From Candidatus Omnitrophota bacterium (GTDB taxonomy: Bacteria > Omnitrophota > Gorgyraeia > Gygaellales > Profunditerraquicolaceae), in NCBI GenBank assembly GCA_026387355.1, contig JAPLLW010000006.1, forward strand, positions 23,362 through 87,361: a stretch of DNA of 64,000 nucleotides, read 5' to 3'. The translations under genes were made by a program, and so were the position numbers. The notes beneath the pieces were generated by a model, which made no database searches, was not told the origin of the DNA, and saw only the letters and a program-made list of their open reading frames with translations. Below, piece after piece: positions 9,674-20,990 of the stretch. Positions within the stretch are counted from its first letter, which is position 1. Each line of letters begins with the position of its first letter.

Positions 9674-10543
9674 ATGAAAGTTTATATTAACGGAAAATAT
9701 TATGAAAAGAGCGATGCAAAGATCTCTGTTTTTGACCACGGTTTACTTTATGGCGATGGGGTATTCGAGGGGATCCGTTCTTATAATTCTCGGGTTTTCA
9801 AATTAAAAGAACATATCGAGCGTTTATTTGAATCCGCTAAGAGCATTATGTTAAATATCCCATTAACAAAAGAAGAATTAATCAGGGCGGTTATTGCTAC
9901 GCTGAATAAGAATAACCTTAAAGACGCTTATATCCGCCTGATAGTTACCAGGGGCGAGGGAGATCTGGGGCTTGATCCGCGTAAATGCAAGGCCGGTTCA
10001 ACCATAATTATTATTACCGATAAAATTGCTTTGTATCCGGAGAAATTATACAGGGAGGGATTAAAGATTGTAACTGTACCGACAGTAAGAAATTTACCTG
10101 AGGCGTTAAATCCTCAGATTAAATCTTTAAACTATCTCAACAATATTCTGGCAAAGATCGAGGCAGCAAATGCAAATTGTGATGAGGCGATTATGCTTGA
10201 TTCTTTAGGATATGTTGCAGAGTGTACCGGAGATAATATCTTTATTGTAAAAAATAACCATCTATATACTCCTCCACAGTGTATGGGGACTTTGAGAGGG
10301 ATTACCCGTGATGCGGTTTTGGAGATTGCGCGAAAATCCAAAATTCTTGCGCATGAACATGTAATTACGCGCCACGAAGTTTACATTTCAGACGAATGCT
10401 TTTTAACCGGTACAGCTGCGGAGATTATTCCGGTTGTAATGGTGGACGGCAGGGTTATTGGTCGAGGTAAGCCCGGAAAATTAACTGCTAGCCTTTTGAA
10501 AAAGTTTAGAGAACTGACTAGAAAAGAAGGGGTTAAGTATTAA
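9674..10543 (+). CDS. ilvE: Branched-chain amino acid aminotransferase
   Basis: DHGLLYGDGVFEG, KSLNY, GITR, GTAAE. Confidence 0.93.
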   Translation: MKVYINGKYYEKSDAKISVFDHGLLYGDGVFEGIRSYNSRVFKLKEHIERLFESAKSIMLNIPLTKEELIRAVIATLNKNNLKDAYIRLIVTRGEGDLGLDPRKCKAGSTIIIITDKIALYPEKLYREGLKIVTVPTVRNLPEALNPQIKSLNYLNNILAKIEAANANCDEAIMLDSLGYVAECTGDNIFIVKNNHLYTPPQCMGTLRGITRDAVLEIARKSKILAHEHVITRHEVYISDECFLTGTAAEIIPVVMVDGRVIGRGKPGKLTASLLKKFRELTRKEGVKY

Positions 10544-10544
10544 T

Positions 10545-11051
10545 ATGCTTTGTAATCTTTGCGGTAAAAATCCGGCTACGGTTCATTTAACCGAGATACT
10601 TGATGAGCAGATGAATGAGTTGCATCTATGCGAAGAGTGCGCAAGGCACAAGAGCGCAGCCATGGAGCAACAGTTTGGCTTAAGTGATCTTTTGGCAGGG
10701 ATGGCGGAGTTTGATAAGCCGGAGACTGCGAAAGAGAAAGAGGGCGCGGTTATTTTAAAATGCCAGAATTGCGGATTGACTTATGCTGATTTTAAGAAAA
10801 TCGGAAGGCTTGGTTGCGGCGAATGTTACAACACCTTTAAGAAATACCTTAGTCCTTTATTAAAGCGTATTCACGGTTCAATCCAGCATACCGGTAAGTC
10901 TCCGCTTAAGGTGACCAAGGTTTTAAAGAAGAAAATTGATGCGCAGGAGTTACGTAACCGCCTGCAAAGAGCAGTTGAATCTGAGGCTTTTGAAGAGGCA
11001 GCTAGATTGCGCGATCAGATAAAAGAACTTGAAAAGAAGGAACAAATTTAA
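10545..11051 (+). CDS. mcsA: Protein-arginine kinase activator McsA
   Basis: Four CxxC motifs, GRLGC..CY, C-terminal UVR domain. Confidence 0.92.
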   Translation: MLCNLCGKNPATVHLTEILDEQMNELHLCEECARHKSAAMEQQFGLSDLLAGMAEFDKPETAKEKEGAVILKCQNCGLTYADFKKIGRLGCGECYNTFKKYLSPLLKRIHGSIQHTGKSPLKVTKVLKKKIDAQELRNRLQRAVESEAFEEAARLRDQIKELEKKEQI

Positions 11052-11053
11052 GA

Positions 11054-12100
11054 ATGCAGTTAAATGATTTGTTAAATCATACGAGTGAATGGCTTAAGGG
11101 AAGCGGCCCTAATTCTGATATCGTTATATCTAGCCGCATACGCCTTGCGCGTAATTTGGATAAACTCATTTTCCCGCATTGGGCAGATAGTGTCCAAAGT
11201 CAGGCAGCCTTAGATACTATTAAAGAGTGCGTGCTTAAAGTTGATAGCCTTAAGCATGCGACATTCTTCAAATTATCTGAACTGGATAGCGTAGATAAGC
11301 AGTTCTTAGTAGAGAGGCATCTTATGTCTTTAGATCATGCCCAGAAAAGCGGGGATAAAGCTGTTGTGGTAGATAATGAAGAAGTAATTTCTGTAATGAT
11401 TAATGAGGAAGACCATATTCGTATGCAGGTGATGCAATCAGGATTTAATCTTTTCGAAGCTTGGGATATTATAAAAAAAATTGACGATGATTTGGCTCGA
11501 GAATTAAATTTTGCCTTCTTGCCGGACTGGGGATATCTTACTGCATGTCCTACTAATGCTGGCACAGGGATGCGTGGTTCAGTAATGTTGCATTTGCCGG
11601 CCCTAGTAATGTCTCGTGCTATTGATAGAGTGTTAGCAGCTATCGCTAAATTAAGCTTTACTACACGCGGACTTTACGGCGAAGGTACGCAGGCTATGGG
11701 TAATTTCTTTCAAATCTCCAATCAGATATCCCTAGGTCCTAGTGAAGATGAAATTATCGAAAGCATTAACGGATTAATCCGGCAGATAATTGAACAGGAA
11801 AACCAGGCCAGGCAGGCGCTACTTTCTAAAAATAGACCCCTGCTTGAGGATAGGATCAATCGTTCGCTTGGCATATTGAAAAGCGCCAGGATTATAACCA
11901 GCCAGGAGACTATAGAGCTGCTTTCTATGGTAAGATTAGGAAGTGATTTAGATATGATTAAGGGTGTTAACCGCAGGGCGATAAATGAATTATTTATTAT
12001 TACTCAGCCGGCGCATCTGCAGAAGATAGAAAATAAGAAGATTTCTGCGGAAGAGCGCGACTTAAAGAGGGCGGAATTAATTCGTGATAAACTAAAATAA
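11054..12100 (+). CDS. mcsB: Protein-arginine kinase McsB
   Basis: SSRIRLARN, NEEDH, GYLTACPTN.GTG, RGLYGEG. Confidence 0.95.
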   Translation: MQLNDLLNHTSEWLKGSGPNSDIVISSRIRLARNLDKLIFPHWADSVQSQAALDTIKECVLKVDSLKHATFFKLSELDSVDKQFLVERHLMSLDHAQKSGDKAVVVDNEEVISVMINEEDHIRMQVMQSGFNLFEAWDIIKKIDDDLARELNFAFLPDWGYLTACPTNAGTGMRGSVMLHLPALVMSRAIDRVLAAIAKLSFTTRGLYGEGTQAMGNFFQISNQISLGPSEDEIIESINGLIRQIIEQENQARQALLSKNRPLLEDRINRSLGILKSARIITSQETIELLSMVRLGSDLDMIKGVNRRAINELFIITQPAHLQKIENKKISAEERDLKRAELIRDKLK

Positions 12101-12122
12101 TTAATCAGGGGGAGGGAGTTTA

Positions 12123-14543
12123 ATGTTTAATCGTTTTACTGAAAGAGCGCGAAAAGTAATCATCCTAGCTAAAGAAGAGGCAAGGCGTTTTAATCACGAT
12201 TATATTGGAACAGAGCATATACTTTTGGGCCTTATTCGTGAAGGCGAAGGCGTAGCTAGCACTGTATTGCAGAAGCTTGGGCTATCTTTGGAAAATATCC
12301 GCATTGAAGTTGAAAAGCTTGTGCAGCCAGGGCCCACAACTCAGATTATCGGCGATATTCCATTTACCCCCAGAGCAAAGAAGGCATTAGAGTTGGCTGC
12401 TGAGGAGGCGCGTTCTTTAGGGCATAATTATATTGGAACAGAGCATCTTTTGTTGGGATTAATCCGCGAAGGAGAAGGTATCGCCTCGCAAGTTTTATTA
12501 AATTTAGGACTTGAGTTAAATACCGTACGCAGCGAAGTTATGGAACTCTTAGGTTCAGCTCTACCCGGTGGTCCAGGTATTGCAGGGCAGCAGTCCAAGA
12601 GCAAGACTCCTGCCTTAGATGCCTTTGGTCGTGATTTAACCGCTCTTGCTAAAGAGAATAAATTAGATCCGGTGATTGACCGCGTACAGGAGATCGAGCG
12701 AGTTATCCAGATTTTAAGTCGTAGGACAAAGAATAACCCGGTTCTTTTAGGGGAGGCCGGTGTGGGAAAGACTGCTATTGTTGAAGGCTTGGCTCAGCTA
12801 ATTGTTACAGGGAATATTCCGGAGCTGTTGCGTGGAAAAAGGTTGATCTCTTTAGATTTGGCTTTGATGGTTGCCGGAACTAAATATCGCGGTCAGTTTG
12901 AAGAAAGAATTAAGGCGGTTATGGAGGAGATTAAGCGTTCGCAGGATGTAATTATTTTTATTGATGAATTGCATACTTTAGTCGGCGCGGGAGCTGCCGA
13001 AGGGGCAATCGATGCTTCCAATATCCTAAAGCCAGCCCTTTCTCGTGGCGAGATGCAGTGTATCGGCGCAACTACCATGAATGAATACAGGAAATACATA
13101 GAGAAAGACGCGGCTTTAGAGCGTAGATTCCAGACTATTATGGTTGAACCTCCCTCAGTAGAGCAGGCTATAGATATTTTAAAAGGTTTGCGTGATAGAT
13201 ATGAAGCGCATCATCGCGTTACTTTCAAAGACGAGGCATTAGAGGCAGCGGCAAAGTTATCTGATCGCTATATTTCAGGTAGGTTCTTACCGGATAAGGC
13301 GATTGATTTAATGGATGAAGCAGGCTCGCATGCCAGGCTTAGCGTTTTGATTGTTCCTCCTGATATCAAGAAATTAGAAGAAAAAGTCGAAAACCTAAGA
13401 AAAGAAAAAGAGTCATTTATTAAGAGCCAGGATTTTGAGAAGGCTGCATCTCTGCGAGATCAGGAGAGAATCGCGCGCCAGGAATTAGAGCAGTTGAACC
13501 GCGAGTGGTCTCAGGCAAAAGACAAGATGCGGCCAGAGGTTAATGAAGAGGATATCGCTAAGATTGTTGCCCAATGGACCGGTATACCTATTTTTAGATT
13601 AGAAGAGAAAGAGAGTGAGAAGTTACTAAAGATTGAAGAAGAATTACATAAGCGTGTTATAGGTCAAAATGAAGCTATTGATGCTATCGCGCATGCGGTA
13701 AGGCGATCGCGAGCAGGTATTAAAGACCCGAGGAGGCCGATTGGTTCGTTTGTATTTCTGGGCCCTACCGGAGTAGGAAAAAGTTTACTTGCCCGCGCCC
13801 TGGCAGAGTTTATGTTTGGCGATGAAGATGCGTTAATACAATTAGATATGTCAGAATATATGGAGAAATTTAATGTCTCCCGATTAATCGGAGCTCCGCC
13901 CGGATATGTGGGTTATGAAGAGGGTGGTCAGCTTACCGAAAGGATTCGTCGCAGGCCTTATGCGGTTATTCTTTTGGATGAAATTGAAAAGGCGCATCCT
14001 GATGTTTTTAATTTATTACTACAGGTATTTGAGGAAGGCCGTCTTACCGATAGCTTTGGTAGGAAGGTGAGCTTTCGCAATACCGTGATTATTATGACTT
14101 CTAACGTAGGGGCAGATTTAATACGTAAGACCGGTTCCCTTGGTTTTAAGACGCAAAAGGAAGAGACAACTTATCAGGATATGAAGGATAAATTGCTTGA
14201 GGCCGTAAAACATACTTTTAAACCAGAGTTCTTAAACCGCATTGATGACATTATTGTTTTTAGGCAATTACTCAAAGAGGATCTCTCTCGTATTGTTGAC
14301 ATTGAAGTTGGTTACGTCGCAGCCCGTCTTAAAGAACAGAATATCTCTTTAGAGGTCTCTGCTCAGGCAAAAGAGTTGCTGATTGATAAGGGATTTGATC
14401 CTGTTTTCGGGGCTAGGCCATTAAAGAGGACAATTCAGCGGTTTTTAGAAGATCCGCTAGCCTCTGAAATAATCTCTAAGAAATTTAAGGAGGGTTCAGT
14501 CGTTAAGGTTGTGCGTAAGAACGACGAATTGGTTTTCGAATGA
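12123..14543 (+). CDS. clpC: ATP-dependent Clp protease ATPase ClpC
   Basis: Clp_N repeats, two AAA+ modules ([16 protein letters not shown]), UVR linker. Confidence 0.96.
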   Translation: MFNRFTERARKVIILAKEEARRFNHDYIGTEHILLGLIREGEGVASTVLQKLGLSLENIRIEVEKLVQPGPTTQIIGDIPFTPRAKKALELAAEEARSLGHNYIGTEHLLLGLIREGEGIASQVLLNLGLELNTVRSEVMELLGSALPGGPGIAGQQSKSKTPALDAFGRDLTALAKENKLDPVIDRVQEIERVIQILSRRTKNNPVLLGEAGVGKTAIVEGLAQLIVTGNIPELLRGKRLISLDLALMVAGTKYRGQFEERIKAVMEEIKRSQDVIIFIDELHTLVGAGAAEGAIDASNILKPALSRGEMQCIGATTMNEYRKYIEKDAALERRFQTIMVEPPSVEQAIDILKGLRDRYEAHHRVTFKDEALEAAAKLSDRYISGRFLPDKAIDLMDEAGSHARLSVLIVPPDIKKLEEKVENLRKEKESFIKSQDFEKAASLRDQERIARQELEQLNREWSQAKDKMRPEVNEEDIAKIVAQWTGIPIFRLEEKESEKLLKIEEELHKRVIGQNEAIDAIAHAVRRSRAGIKDPRRPIGSFVFLGPTGVGKSLLARALAEFMFGDEDALIQLDMSEYMEKFNVSRLIGAPPGYVGYEEGGQLTERIRRRPYAVILLDEIEKAHPDVFNLLLQVFEEGRLTDSFGRKVSFRNTVIIMTSNVGADLIRKTGSLGFKTQKEETTYQDMKDKLLEAVKHTFKPEFLNRIDDIIVFRQLLKEDLSRIVDIEVGYVAARLKEQNISLEVSAQAKELLIDKGFDPVFGARPLKRTIQRFLEDPLASEIISKKFKEGSVVKVVRKNDELVFE

Positions 14544-15328
14544 TGTTTAATAATTTTTTTATTACATTAGGTTCTCGGGTTATCTACTTTATGTATTTTC
14601 TTGGCGGAGTAGCTAACCTTACTTTCCAGACTATCTATTTATCTTTTAAGCCTCCGTATAGGAAAGACCGAATTTTCGAGCAAGCTAAGAAAGCAGGCTT
14701 TGATAGCTTACCGATAGTTTCGCTGATCGCTTTGTTTATTGGTTTTATCTTTGCGCTTCAAACAGCATATTTCATGCAGCGCATAGGTTCGGAGCTTTAT
14801 ATCGCAAGCCTCGTAGCTCTTTCTATTGTGCGCGAATTAGGCCCGGTTATAACCGCCTTGGTAGTAGCGGGAAGGGTGGGCGCTTCTATAACCGCAGAAC
14901 TGGGCTCTATGCAGGTTACCGAACAGATCGACGCCTTAGAGGCCTTGGCCACTAACCCTATAAAATATCTGGTTGTTCCGCGTTTTATCGCCTTAAGTCT
15001 TATGGTACCGCTGTTAACGATCTATGCTGATTTTGTAGGGATTTTAGGAAGCTATGTTATTTGTGTATTCAGACTGGGAATTTCTTCGGGTATGTATATA
15101 AGAGTTACCGCTGAAGCGCTTTACTATAAAGATTTATTCACCGGGCTTGCTAAAACAGTATCTTTCGGCATGATTATTGCAATAGTTAGTTGTTATGAAG
15201 GATTTAACGTTAAGGGCGGGGCAGAGGGTGTGGGGCGCGCAACTACCCGATGCGTAGTCTTTAGTTTTATTATGATTATTATCGCTGATTGTTTATTTAC
15301 GGCACTGTTTTATTTTATTTTCCCCTAA
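14540..15328 (+). CDS. mlaE: MlaE-family ABC permease
   Basis: RELGPV, GRVGAS, M.VTEQIDAL, GGAEGVG. Confidence 0.92.
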   Translation: MMFNNFFITLGSRVIYFMYFLGGVANLTFQTIYLSFKPPYRKDRIFEQAKKAGFDSLPIVSLIALFIGFIFALQTAYFMQRIGSELYIASLVALSIVRELGPVITALVVAGRVGASITAELGSMQVTEQIDALEALATNPIKYLVVPRFIALSLMVPLLTIYADFVGILGSYVICVFRLGISSGMYIRVTAEALYYKDLFTGLAKTVSFGMIIAIVSCYEGFNVKGGAEGVGRATTRCVVFSFIMIIIADCLFTALFYFIFP

Positions 15329-15333
15329 AAAAG

Positions 15334-16095
15334 ATGATAGAGATATCTAACTTACATAAAGAATTAGGTTTGCAGAAAGTTCTAACCGGTATTAACCTTA
15401 AGGTGGATAATGGGTCTACTTGCGTTATTATCGGTCGATCAGGTTGCGGGAAGTCAGTCTTGCTTAAGCATATTGTGGGTATCTTAAAGGCCGATAAAGG
15501 TAAGGTTGTTGTTGATGGTCAGGAAGTAGGGTCTTTAAATGAAATGCATATGGATGCTTTGCGTTTGAAGATGGGATTAGTTTTTCAGGGCGGGGCATTA
15601 TTTGATTCAATGACTGTGGGTGAGAATGTGGGTTTTGGTTTGATAGAGCACGATCATTTGAGTCAGAAAGATTTACTTGAGAGGATAGAAGAATCACTGT
15701 CAATGGTAGGTTTACATGGCATATGTAATCTCTCTCCTTCTGAGTTAAGCGGCGGGATGCGTAAGCGCGTGGCCTTGGCGCGTGCAATCTGCATAAAGCC
15801 GCAGATTATACTTTATGACGAGCCAACAACCGGCGTAGATCCGATTACCGCAGATAGTATTAATGATTTAATAATCAATATGGCTAATAAACTTAAGGTT
15901 ACTTCAATAGTGGTTACGCACGATATGCGCAGCGCTTACAAGGTTGCGGATAAGATTGCCATGCTTTACCAGGGTAAGATTATTGAAGAGGGGACAGCTG
16001 ATGAGATCAAGGGTTCTAAGAATCCGGTTGTCCATCAGTTTATCAACGGTTTGGCGCTTGGTCCGATAACCGAGACATTGGATCATTATAAATAA
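15334..16095 (+). CDS. mlaF: MlaF-family ABC ATPase
   Basis: GRSGCGKS, FQGGALFDS, LSGGMRKR; ATG 15334 preferred. Confidence 0.9.
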   Translation: MIEISNLHKELGLQKVLTGINLKVDNGSTCVIIGRSGCGKSVLLKHIVGILKADKGKVVVDGQEVGSLNEMHMDALRLKMGLVFQGGALFDSMTVGENVGFGLIEHDHLSQKDLLERIEESLSMVGLHGICNLSPSELSGGMRKRVALARAICIKPQIILYDEPTTGVDPITADSINDLIINMANKLKVTSIVVTHDMRSAYKVADKIAMLYQGKIIEEGTADEIKGSKNPVVHQFINGLALGPITETLDHYK

Positions 16096-16109
16096 GCGGA
16101 GGAATAAAA

Positions 16110-16724
16110 ATGATATTCGGCAAAACTAAACTTGAGTTAAAGGTAGGGATGTTTGTTTTTATCGGTTTAATAATTTTTACAGTTTTTATTCTTTCTATCG
16201 GCGGTTTTAAGACATGGTCTTCGGGTTACCGGGTAAATTTTGTTTTTGGTTTTGTGGATGGGGTTAAGCATGGTGCACCGGTCAGGTTTGCCGGAGTAGA
16301 TTCCGGAACGGTTAAGTTAATCAAGTTTTTCTATGATCCAAAAGACGCTAAGATTAAAGTGCGTATAACCTGTTGGGTGGGTAAAGACGTGAAAATTCCC
16401 GTGGATTCCCGGATTTGGGTAAATACGTTGGGGCTCTTAGGAGAGAAATACATAGAGATTATGCCGGGTAAGGATTACGCTAAGTTTTTACAGGAGGATG
16501 AGGAGATAATCGGAGAGGATCCGATACCTTTAAATCTTATGATGAAGTCGGTTTTAAATATAGTAGATAACCTGGATGTGGCGATAGCCAAGATAGTTAA
16601 TAAAGAGGGGACTATCGGCAAGCTGCTTTATGACGATTCGATTTATAATCAGCTAGATGCCTTAGTCACGGATGTGAGAAAAAATCCATGGAAGCTATTA
16701 GTTAAGACTAAAGAAAAGAAGTAA
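16110..16724 (+). CDS. mlaD: MlaD/MCE-domain protein
   Basis: N-terminal TM, GAPVRFAGV..G.V, GLLGEKYIEI.PG. Confidence 0.88.
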   Translation: MIFGKTKLELKVGMFVFIGLIIFTVFILSIGGFKTWSSGYRVNFVFGFVDGVKHGAPVRFAGVDSGTVKLIKFFYDPKDAKIKVRITCWVGKDVKIPVDSRIWVNTLGLLGEKYIEIMPGKDYAKFLQEDEEIIGEDPIPLNLMMKSVLNIVDNLDVAIAKIVNKEGTIGKLLYDDSIYNQLDALVTDVRKNPWKLLVKTKEKK

Positions 16725-16728
16725 AGAA

Positions 16729-18111
16729 GTGAAAACTAAGACAATATTCACTTGCCAGAATTGCGGGTATCAGTCTCCAAAGTGGTTAGGTAGGTGTCCT
16801 GACTGCAATAATTGGAATTGTTTTGTGGAGGAAGATTACTCCGTCCCTACTTCAAAATCTAAAGAACGCACTGCTTTATATCGAGATGAACCGGTTTTAT
16901 TGAAAGATGTTGAGTTTAAGGAAGAGTCTCGCCTTAAGACCGGGATATCAGAATTAGATAGGGTTTTAGGCGGTGGGATAGTCAGCGGTTCTGTGATCTT
17001 AATCGGGGGCGACCCCGGAGTAGGTAAATCTACGATATCCTTGCAAGTATCCAATCAGCTTACTAAGCAAGGCTCAACTGTTCTTTATATAAGCGGCGAA
17101 GAATCTGTGCAGCAGACAAAATTAAGGGCTAAGCGTCTGGGTTCACATGAATCTGATAGGCTTTATATTGTTAATCAAACAGACCTTTCTTTAATACTTG
17201 AGTACATTAAGAAACTTAAACCAGACGTAGTCATCGTTGACTCAATCCAGGTTATTTTTGATCCTGGGATTAGTTCGTCTTGCGGAAGCGTTAGCCAGGT
17301 AAGGGAATGCGCGGGCTTACTTACACAACTGGCTAAGACAAGCGGTACTTCAATCTTTATTATAGGTCATGTAACTAAAGAGGGGACTATCGCAGGACCA
17401 AGGGTTTTGGAGCATATAGTTGATACTGTTTTATATTTTGAAGGGGACAGGTTTTCCATATACCGTATCTTACGTGCGGTGAAAAACAGGTTTGGCTCAA
17501 CTAATGAAATCGGCGTATTTGAAATGAGTTCGCAGGGCCTAACCGAAGTAAAGAATCCTTCGGAGATATTCTTATCTGAAAAGCCGGAAAATGTTACAGG
17601 CTCGGTTGTAACTTCGATATTTGAAGGGTCTCGCCCGCTTCTAGTAGAGATTCAGTCTTTAGTAAGTAGGTCAAGCTTTGGTTATGCTAGGCGGCGCGCT
17701 CAAGGATTTGATTCTAACAGGCTCAGCCTGTTGGTTGCGGTGCTTGAGAAGAGGATCGGCTTAGCTCTTGAAGCAGAAGATATTTTTATTAACGTTGCCG
17801 GAGGTATAAAAGTTGAGGATCCAGCAGCTGACCTTGCTGTTTCAGTAGCTATAGCTTCTGCTTTTCGCGATCGTCTGATTATTTCTGCTGCTGTAGTTTT
17901 AGGGGAGGTGGGCCTAAGCGGAGAGATCCGCAGTATTTCGCAGATACTTTTACGTATAAATGAAGCAGAGAAATTAGGTTTTAAGCATTGTATTATTCCA
18001 AAGAATAACCATAAGGGTATTAAAAATTATAAAGGTGATATCGAGATAATCCCGGTAGGTACTCTAAGCGAGGCTTTAGATATCGCGCTAGCCGTACCTA
18101 ATAAAAAGTAA
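16729..18111 (+). CDS. radA: DNA repair protein RadA/Sms
   Basis: C4 zinc finger, GDPGVGKST, KNRFG, Lon-like C-terminus. Confidence 0.96.
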   Translation: MKTKTIFTCQNCGYQSPKWLGRCPDCNNWNCFVEEDYSVPTSKSKERTALYRDEPVLLKDVEFKEESRLKTGISELDRVLGGGIVSGSVILIGGDPGVGKSTISLQVSNQLTKQGSTVLYISGEESVQQTKLRAKRLGSHESDRLYIVNQTDLSLILEYIKKLKPDVVIVDSIQVIFDPGISSSCGSVSQVRECAGLLTQLAKTSGTSIFIIGHVTKEGTIAGPRVLEHIVDTVLYFEGDRFSIYRILRAVKNRFGSTNEIGVFEMSSQGLTEVKNPSEIFLSEKPENVTGSVVTSIFEGSRPLLVEIQSLVSRSSFGYARRRAQGFDSNRLSLLVAVLEKRIGLALEAEDIFINVAGGIKVEDPAADLAVSVAIASAFRDRLIISAAVVLGEVGLSGEIRSISQILLRINEAEKLGFKHCIIPKNNHKGIKNYKGDIEIIPVGTLSEALDIALAVPNKK

Positions 18112-18148
18112 GCTTATATTAATCGGGTAAGGAAGGAGACAGGTAAAG

Positions 18149-19114
18149 ATGAATTTATTATTTGCGCGAATTTTATTTCTTATCGGTAGTATGATTGTAG
18201 GTTTTCAGTTAGGGGATGTGCGCGGGGCTTTAATAGGAGGAGTAGCAGGCTTCATAATTATTGTACTTGAAATAGGTTTACGTAAGGTTTCGGTGAGCGG
18301 CTTATCAAGTGCAGTATTTGGGCTTATCCTAGGATTGATTATGGCGAAAATTGTCGGAGATGCCTTTAGCGTAACCCCGCTTGCTCCTAGCATTATATCT
18401 TCGGTAAGAGTTATACTAAACCTTATATTTTGTTATTTTGGTATGATTATGGCGCTGCGCGGTAAAGACGAATTTAGCGTTATTATCCCCTATGTGCGTT
18501 TGCGTCGGCAGAATCAGGCTGAAGAGATTACGCTGTTAGATACGAGTGCTATTATCGACGGAAGAATTGTTGATATAACTAAGACCAAGTTTCTTTCCGG
18601 AAAGATTGTTATCCCTAAATTCGTTTTGAGGGAACTACAACAGATCGCAGATTCGACTGATTCGATCAAGCGCCAGAGAGGTAGGAGGGGTTTAGAGATT
18701 TTGCATACCATGCAAAAAGATTCGGGTCTTGATATATCTATACATGAAGAAGATTTTCCCGAGACTAATGAAGTAGACGCAAAGTTAGTAAAATTGGCTA
18801 AGATTATTGAGGCAAAGATCCTCACTGTTGATTTTAACCTTAACCGCGTAGCCTCGATCCAGGGAGTTAAAGTTTTAAATATAAATGAATTGGCGAACGC
18901 CTTAAAACCCGTAGTCTTTCCGGGCGAAGAGATGAAGATTAAGCTAATTAAGGAAGGTAAGGAGCATAATCAGGCTATCGGTTACCTTGATGATGGCACA
19001 ATGGTTGTGGTAGAGGATGCGCGAAAGTTCTTAGGGCAAGAGGTTAAGGTTGCAGTAACCTCAGTGTTGCAGACTCAAGCCGGCAGGATGATCTTTACTA
19101 AAATAGAGAAATAG
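18149..19114 (+). CDS. Membrane PIN/TRAM domain protein (YacL-like)
   Basis: TMs, [29 protein letters not shown]. Confidence 0.9.
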   Translation: MNLLFARILFLIGSMIVGFQLGDVRGALIGGVAGFIIIVLEIGLRKVSVSGLSSAVFGLILGLIMAKIVGDAFSVTPLAPSIISSVRVILNLIFCYFGMIMALRGKDEFSVIIPYVRLRRQNQAEEITLLDTSAIIDGRIVDITKTKFLSGKIVIPKFVLRELQQIADSTDSIKRQRGRRGLEILHTMQKDSGLDISIHEEDFPETNEVDAKLVKLAKIIEAKILTVDFNLNRVASIQGVKVLNINELANALKPVVFPGEEMKIKLIKEGKEHNQAIGYLDDGTMVVVEDARKFLGQEVKVAVTSVLQTQAGRMIFTKIEK

Positions 19115-19115
19115 A

Positions 19116-19784
19116 ATGTTTGTTAGCGCGATAGTTGTTGCTGCAGGGCAAGGTAGGCGTTTAAAAAGTAAAGTATCAAAACCTATTCTAAAATTAAATT
19201 CAAAGCCAATAATTGTTTATGCGCTTGGTGTTTTAAATAGCTGCCCCGAGATAAAAGAGATTATTCTTGTAGGCAATTCTAGTAATATACAAGAACTTAA
19301 GGCTATTGTAAGTAAGTATAGAATAAGAAAAGTTAATAAAATATGTTTAGGCGGTAAAGCTCGTCAGGATTCGGTGGCTAAGGGGATAAAATTCATAAGC
19401 AAGCATGCCAAGTTCATTTTGATTCATGACGCAGTTAGGCCCTTTATTAGCAAAGATTTAGTCTTTTTACTTATAACTTCAGCGCAGAAGTTTTTGGCTG
19501 CGATTAGTGCTGTGCCGGTTAAGGCAACGATTAAGGCTTCGGATAAATTAGGGTTTGTGCAAAGAACCGTAGAGCGCTCTAATTTGTGGGAGGTGCAAAC
19601 TCCGCAAGTATTCTCAAGGGAGTTATTATTAAAGGCTTATGCTCGGTTCAAGAATTGCGCGGTTACGGACGATGCAATGCTTGTAGAAAAGTTAGGCGTA
19701 AAAGTAAAAATTGTTTTAGGGACTTATAGAAACATTAAAATTACTACGCCTGAAGATTTAAGAATTGCCAGGGGGTTAGCCTAA
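19116..19784 (+). CDS. ispD: 2-C-methyl-D-erythritol 4-phosphate cytidylyltransferase
   Basis: AAGQGRR, RQDSV, IHDAVRP, QTPQ, KITTPED. Confidence 0.95.
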   Translation: MFVSAIVVAAGQGRRLKSKVSKPILKLNSKPIIVYALGVLNSCPEIKEIILVGNSSNIQELKAIVSKYRIRKVNKICLGGKARQDSVAKGIKFISKHAKFILIHDAVRPFISKDLVFLLITSAQKFLAAISAVPVKATIKASDKLGFVQRTVERSNLWEVQTPQVFSRELLLKAYARFKNCAVTDDAMLVEKLGVKVKIVLGTYRNIKITTPEDLRIARGLA

Positions 19785-19786
19785 AG

Positions 19787-20269
19787 ATGCATAATCGTGT
19801 AGGTATGGGTTATGATATTCACCGTTTAGTAGAAGGGCGTAAATTATTGCTCGGCGGCTTAGATATACCATATATCAAAGGTTTGTTGGGGCATTCTGAT
19901 GGAGATGCCTTACTCCACGCAATATGCGATGCCATTCTGGGGGCTATTGCAGAAGGAGATATAGGTGAACATTTTCCGGATACCGAACAGAAATATCAGA
20001 ATATTTCAAGTAGTGAGTTACTAAGGAATGTTTTAATCCTAATGCATAAAAAAGGCTACAGTATAGCTAATCTCGATACGATTATAATTGCCGAAGAGCC
20101 AAAGCTCACTTTGTTTAAGGCTAGCATCAAGAAGAACCTCGCTAAGCTTATGAATCTGAATATTGATTGCGTTGGAGTAAAAGCTAAGACTAATGAAGGC
20201 TTAGGAGGGGTGGGCAGGGGTGAGGCAATTATTTGTTACGCGACTGTTTTATTAACAAAGCCTACATAA
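19787..20269 (+). CDS. ispF: MECDP synthase
   Basis: GYDIH, GHSDGD, GDIG.HFP, KAKTNE. Confidence 0.95.
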   Translation: MHNRVGMGYDIHRLVEGRKLLLGGLDIPYIKGLLGHSDGDALLHAICDAILGAIAEGDIGEHFPDTEQKYQNISSSELLRNVLILMHKKGYSIANLDTIIIAEEPKLTLFKASIKKNLAKLMNLNIDCVGVKAKTNEGLGGVGRGEAIICYATVLLTKPT

Positions 20270-20291
20270 AAAATTATAGGGGGATTTAATT

Positions 20292-20969
20292 ATGCACCTA
20301 CTTATTAATTTCTTTTTTCTTATTATAGTTTTAATTATAATCAAGAATTTGTTTATTGCTGTATTTTTCTATCAGGAGATAAGGGCAGCTCAAAAAAGAG
20401 ATCCTGCGGCAAAGGGCTTTGCTGAGGTTTTATTGCTTTACCAGGGGTTGCATGCCCTAGTTGCGTACCGGGTCTCTAATTTCTTTTACAAAATAAAATT
20501 ATTCTTTTTAGCCCGTTTTATCTCGCAGCTTGCGCGATGGGTTACGGGAATAGAAATTCACCCCGGTGCTAAGATCGGTAAACGTCTATTCATTGATCAT
20601 GGAATGGGGGTAGTTATCGGAGAGACTGCTGTTATCGGGGATGATGTGCTTTTGTACCAGGAGGTTACTCTTGGCGGAACAGGGATAGAAACAGGAAAGC
20701 GTCATCCTACAATCGGCAATAATGTGGTAATCGGAGCAGGGGCAAAAGTTTTAGGGAATATTTTTATCGGAGATAATTCTTATATAGGTTCAAATGCTGT
20801 AGTGATTAAAGATGTGCCTCCTAATTCAACGGTTGTAGGCGTGCCGGGTAGAATAACCAAGCAGGATGGGAAGAAGATCGATTTAAGCCTTGATCATAAG
20901 CAAGTCTTAGATCCTATAATGCAGACGATTGAAGAGCTGCAGAAGAGAGTTGAAAGGTTAGAAAAATAG
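20292..20969 (+). CDS. cysE: Serine O-acetyltransferase
   Basis: [22 protein letters not shown] hexapeptide repeats. Confidence 0.92.
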   Translation: MHLLINFFFLIIVLIIIKNLFIAVFFYQEIRAAQKRDPAAKGFAEVLLLYQGLHALVAYRVSNFFYKIKLFFLARFISQLARWVTGIEIHPGAKIGKRLFIDHGMGVVIGETAVIGDDVLLYQEVTLGGTGIETGKRHPTIGNNVVIGAGAKVLGNIFIGDNSYIGSNAVVIKDVPPNSTVVGVPGRITKQDGKKIDLSLDHKQVLDPIMQTIEELQKRVERLEK

Positions 20970-20990
20970 TTTTATAGAGCCAATCATTCG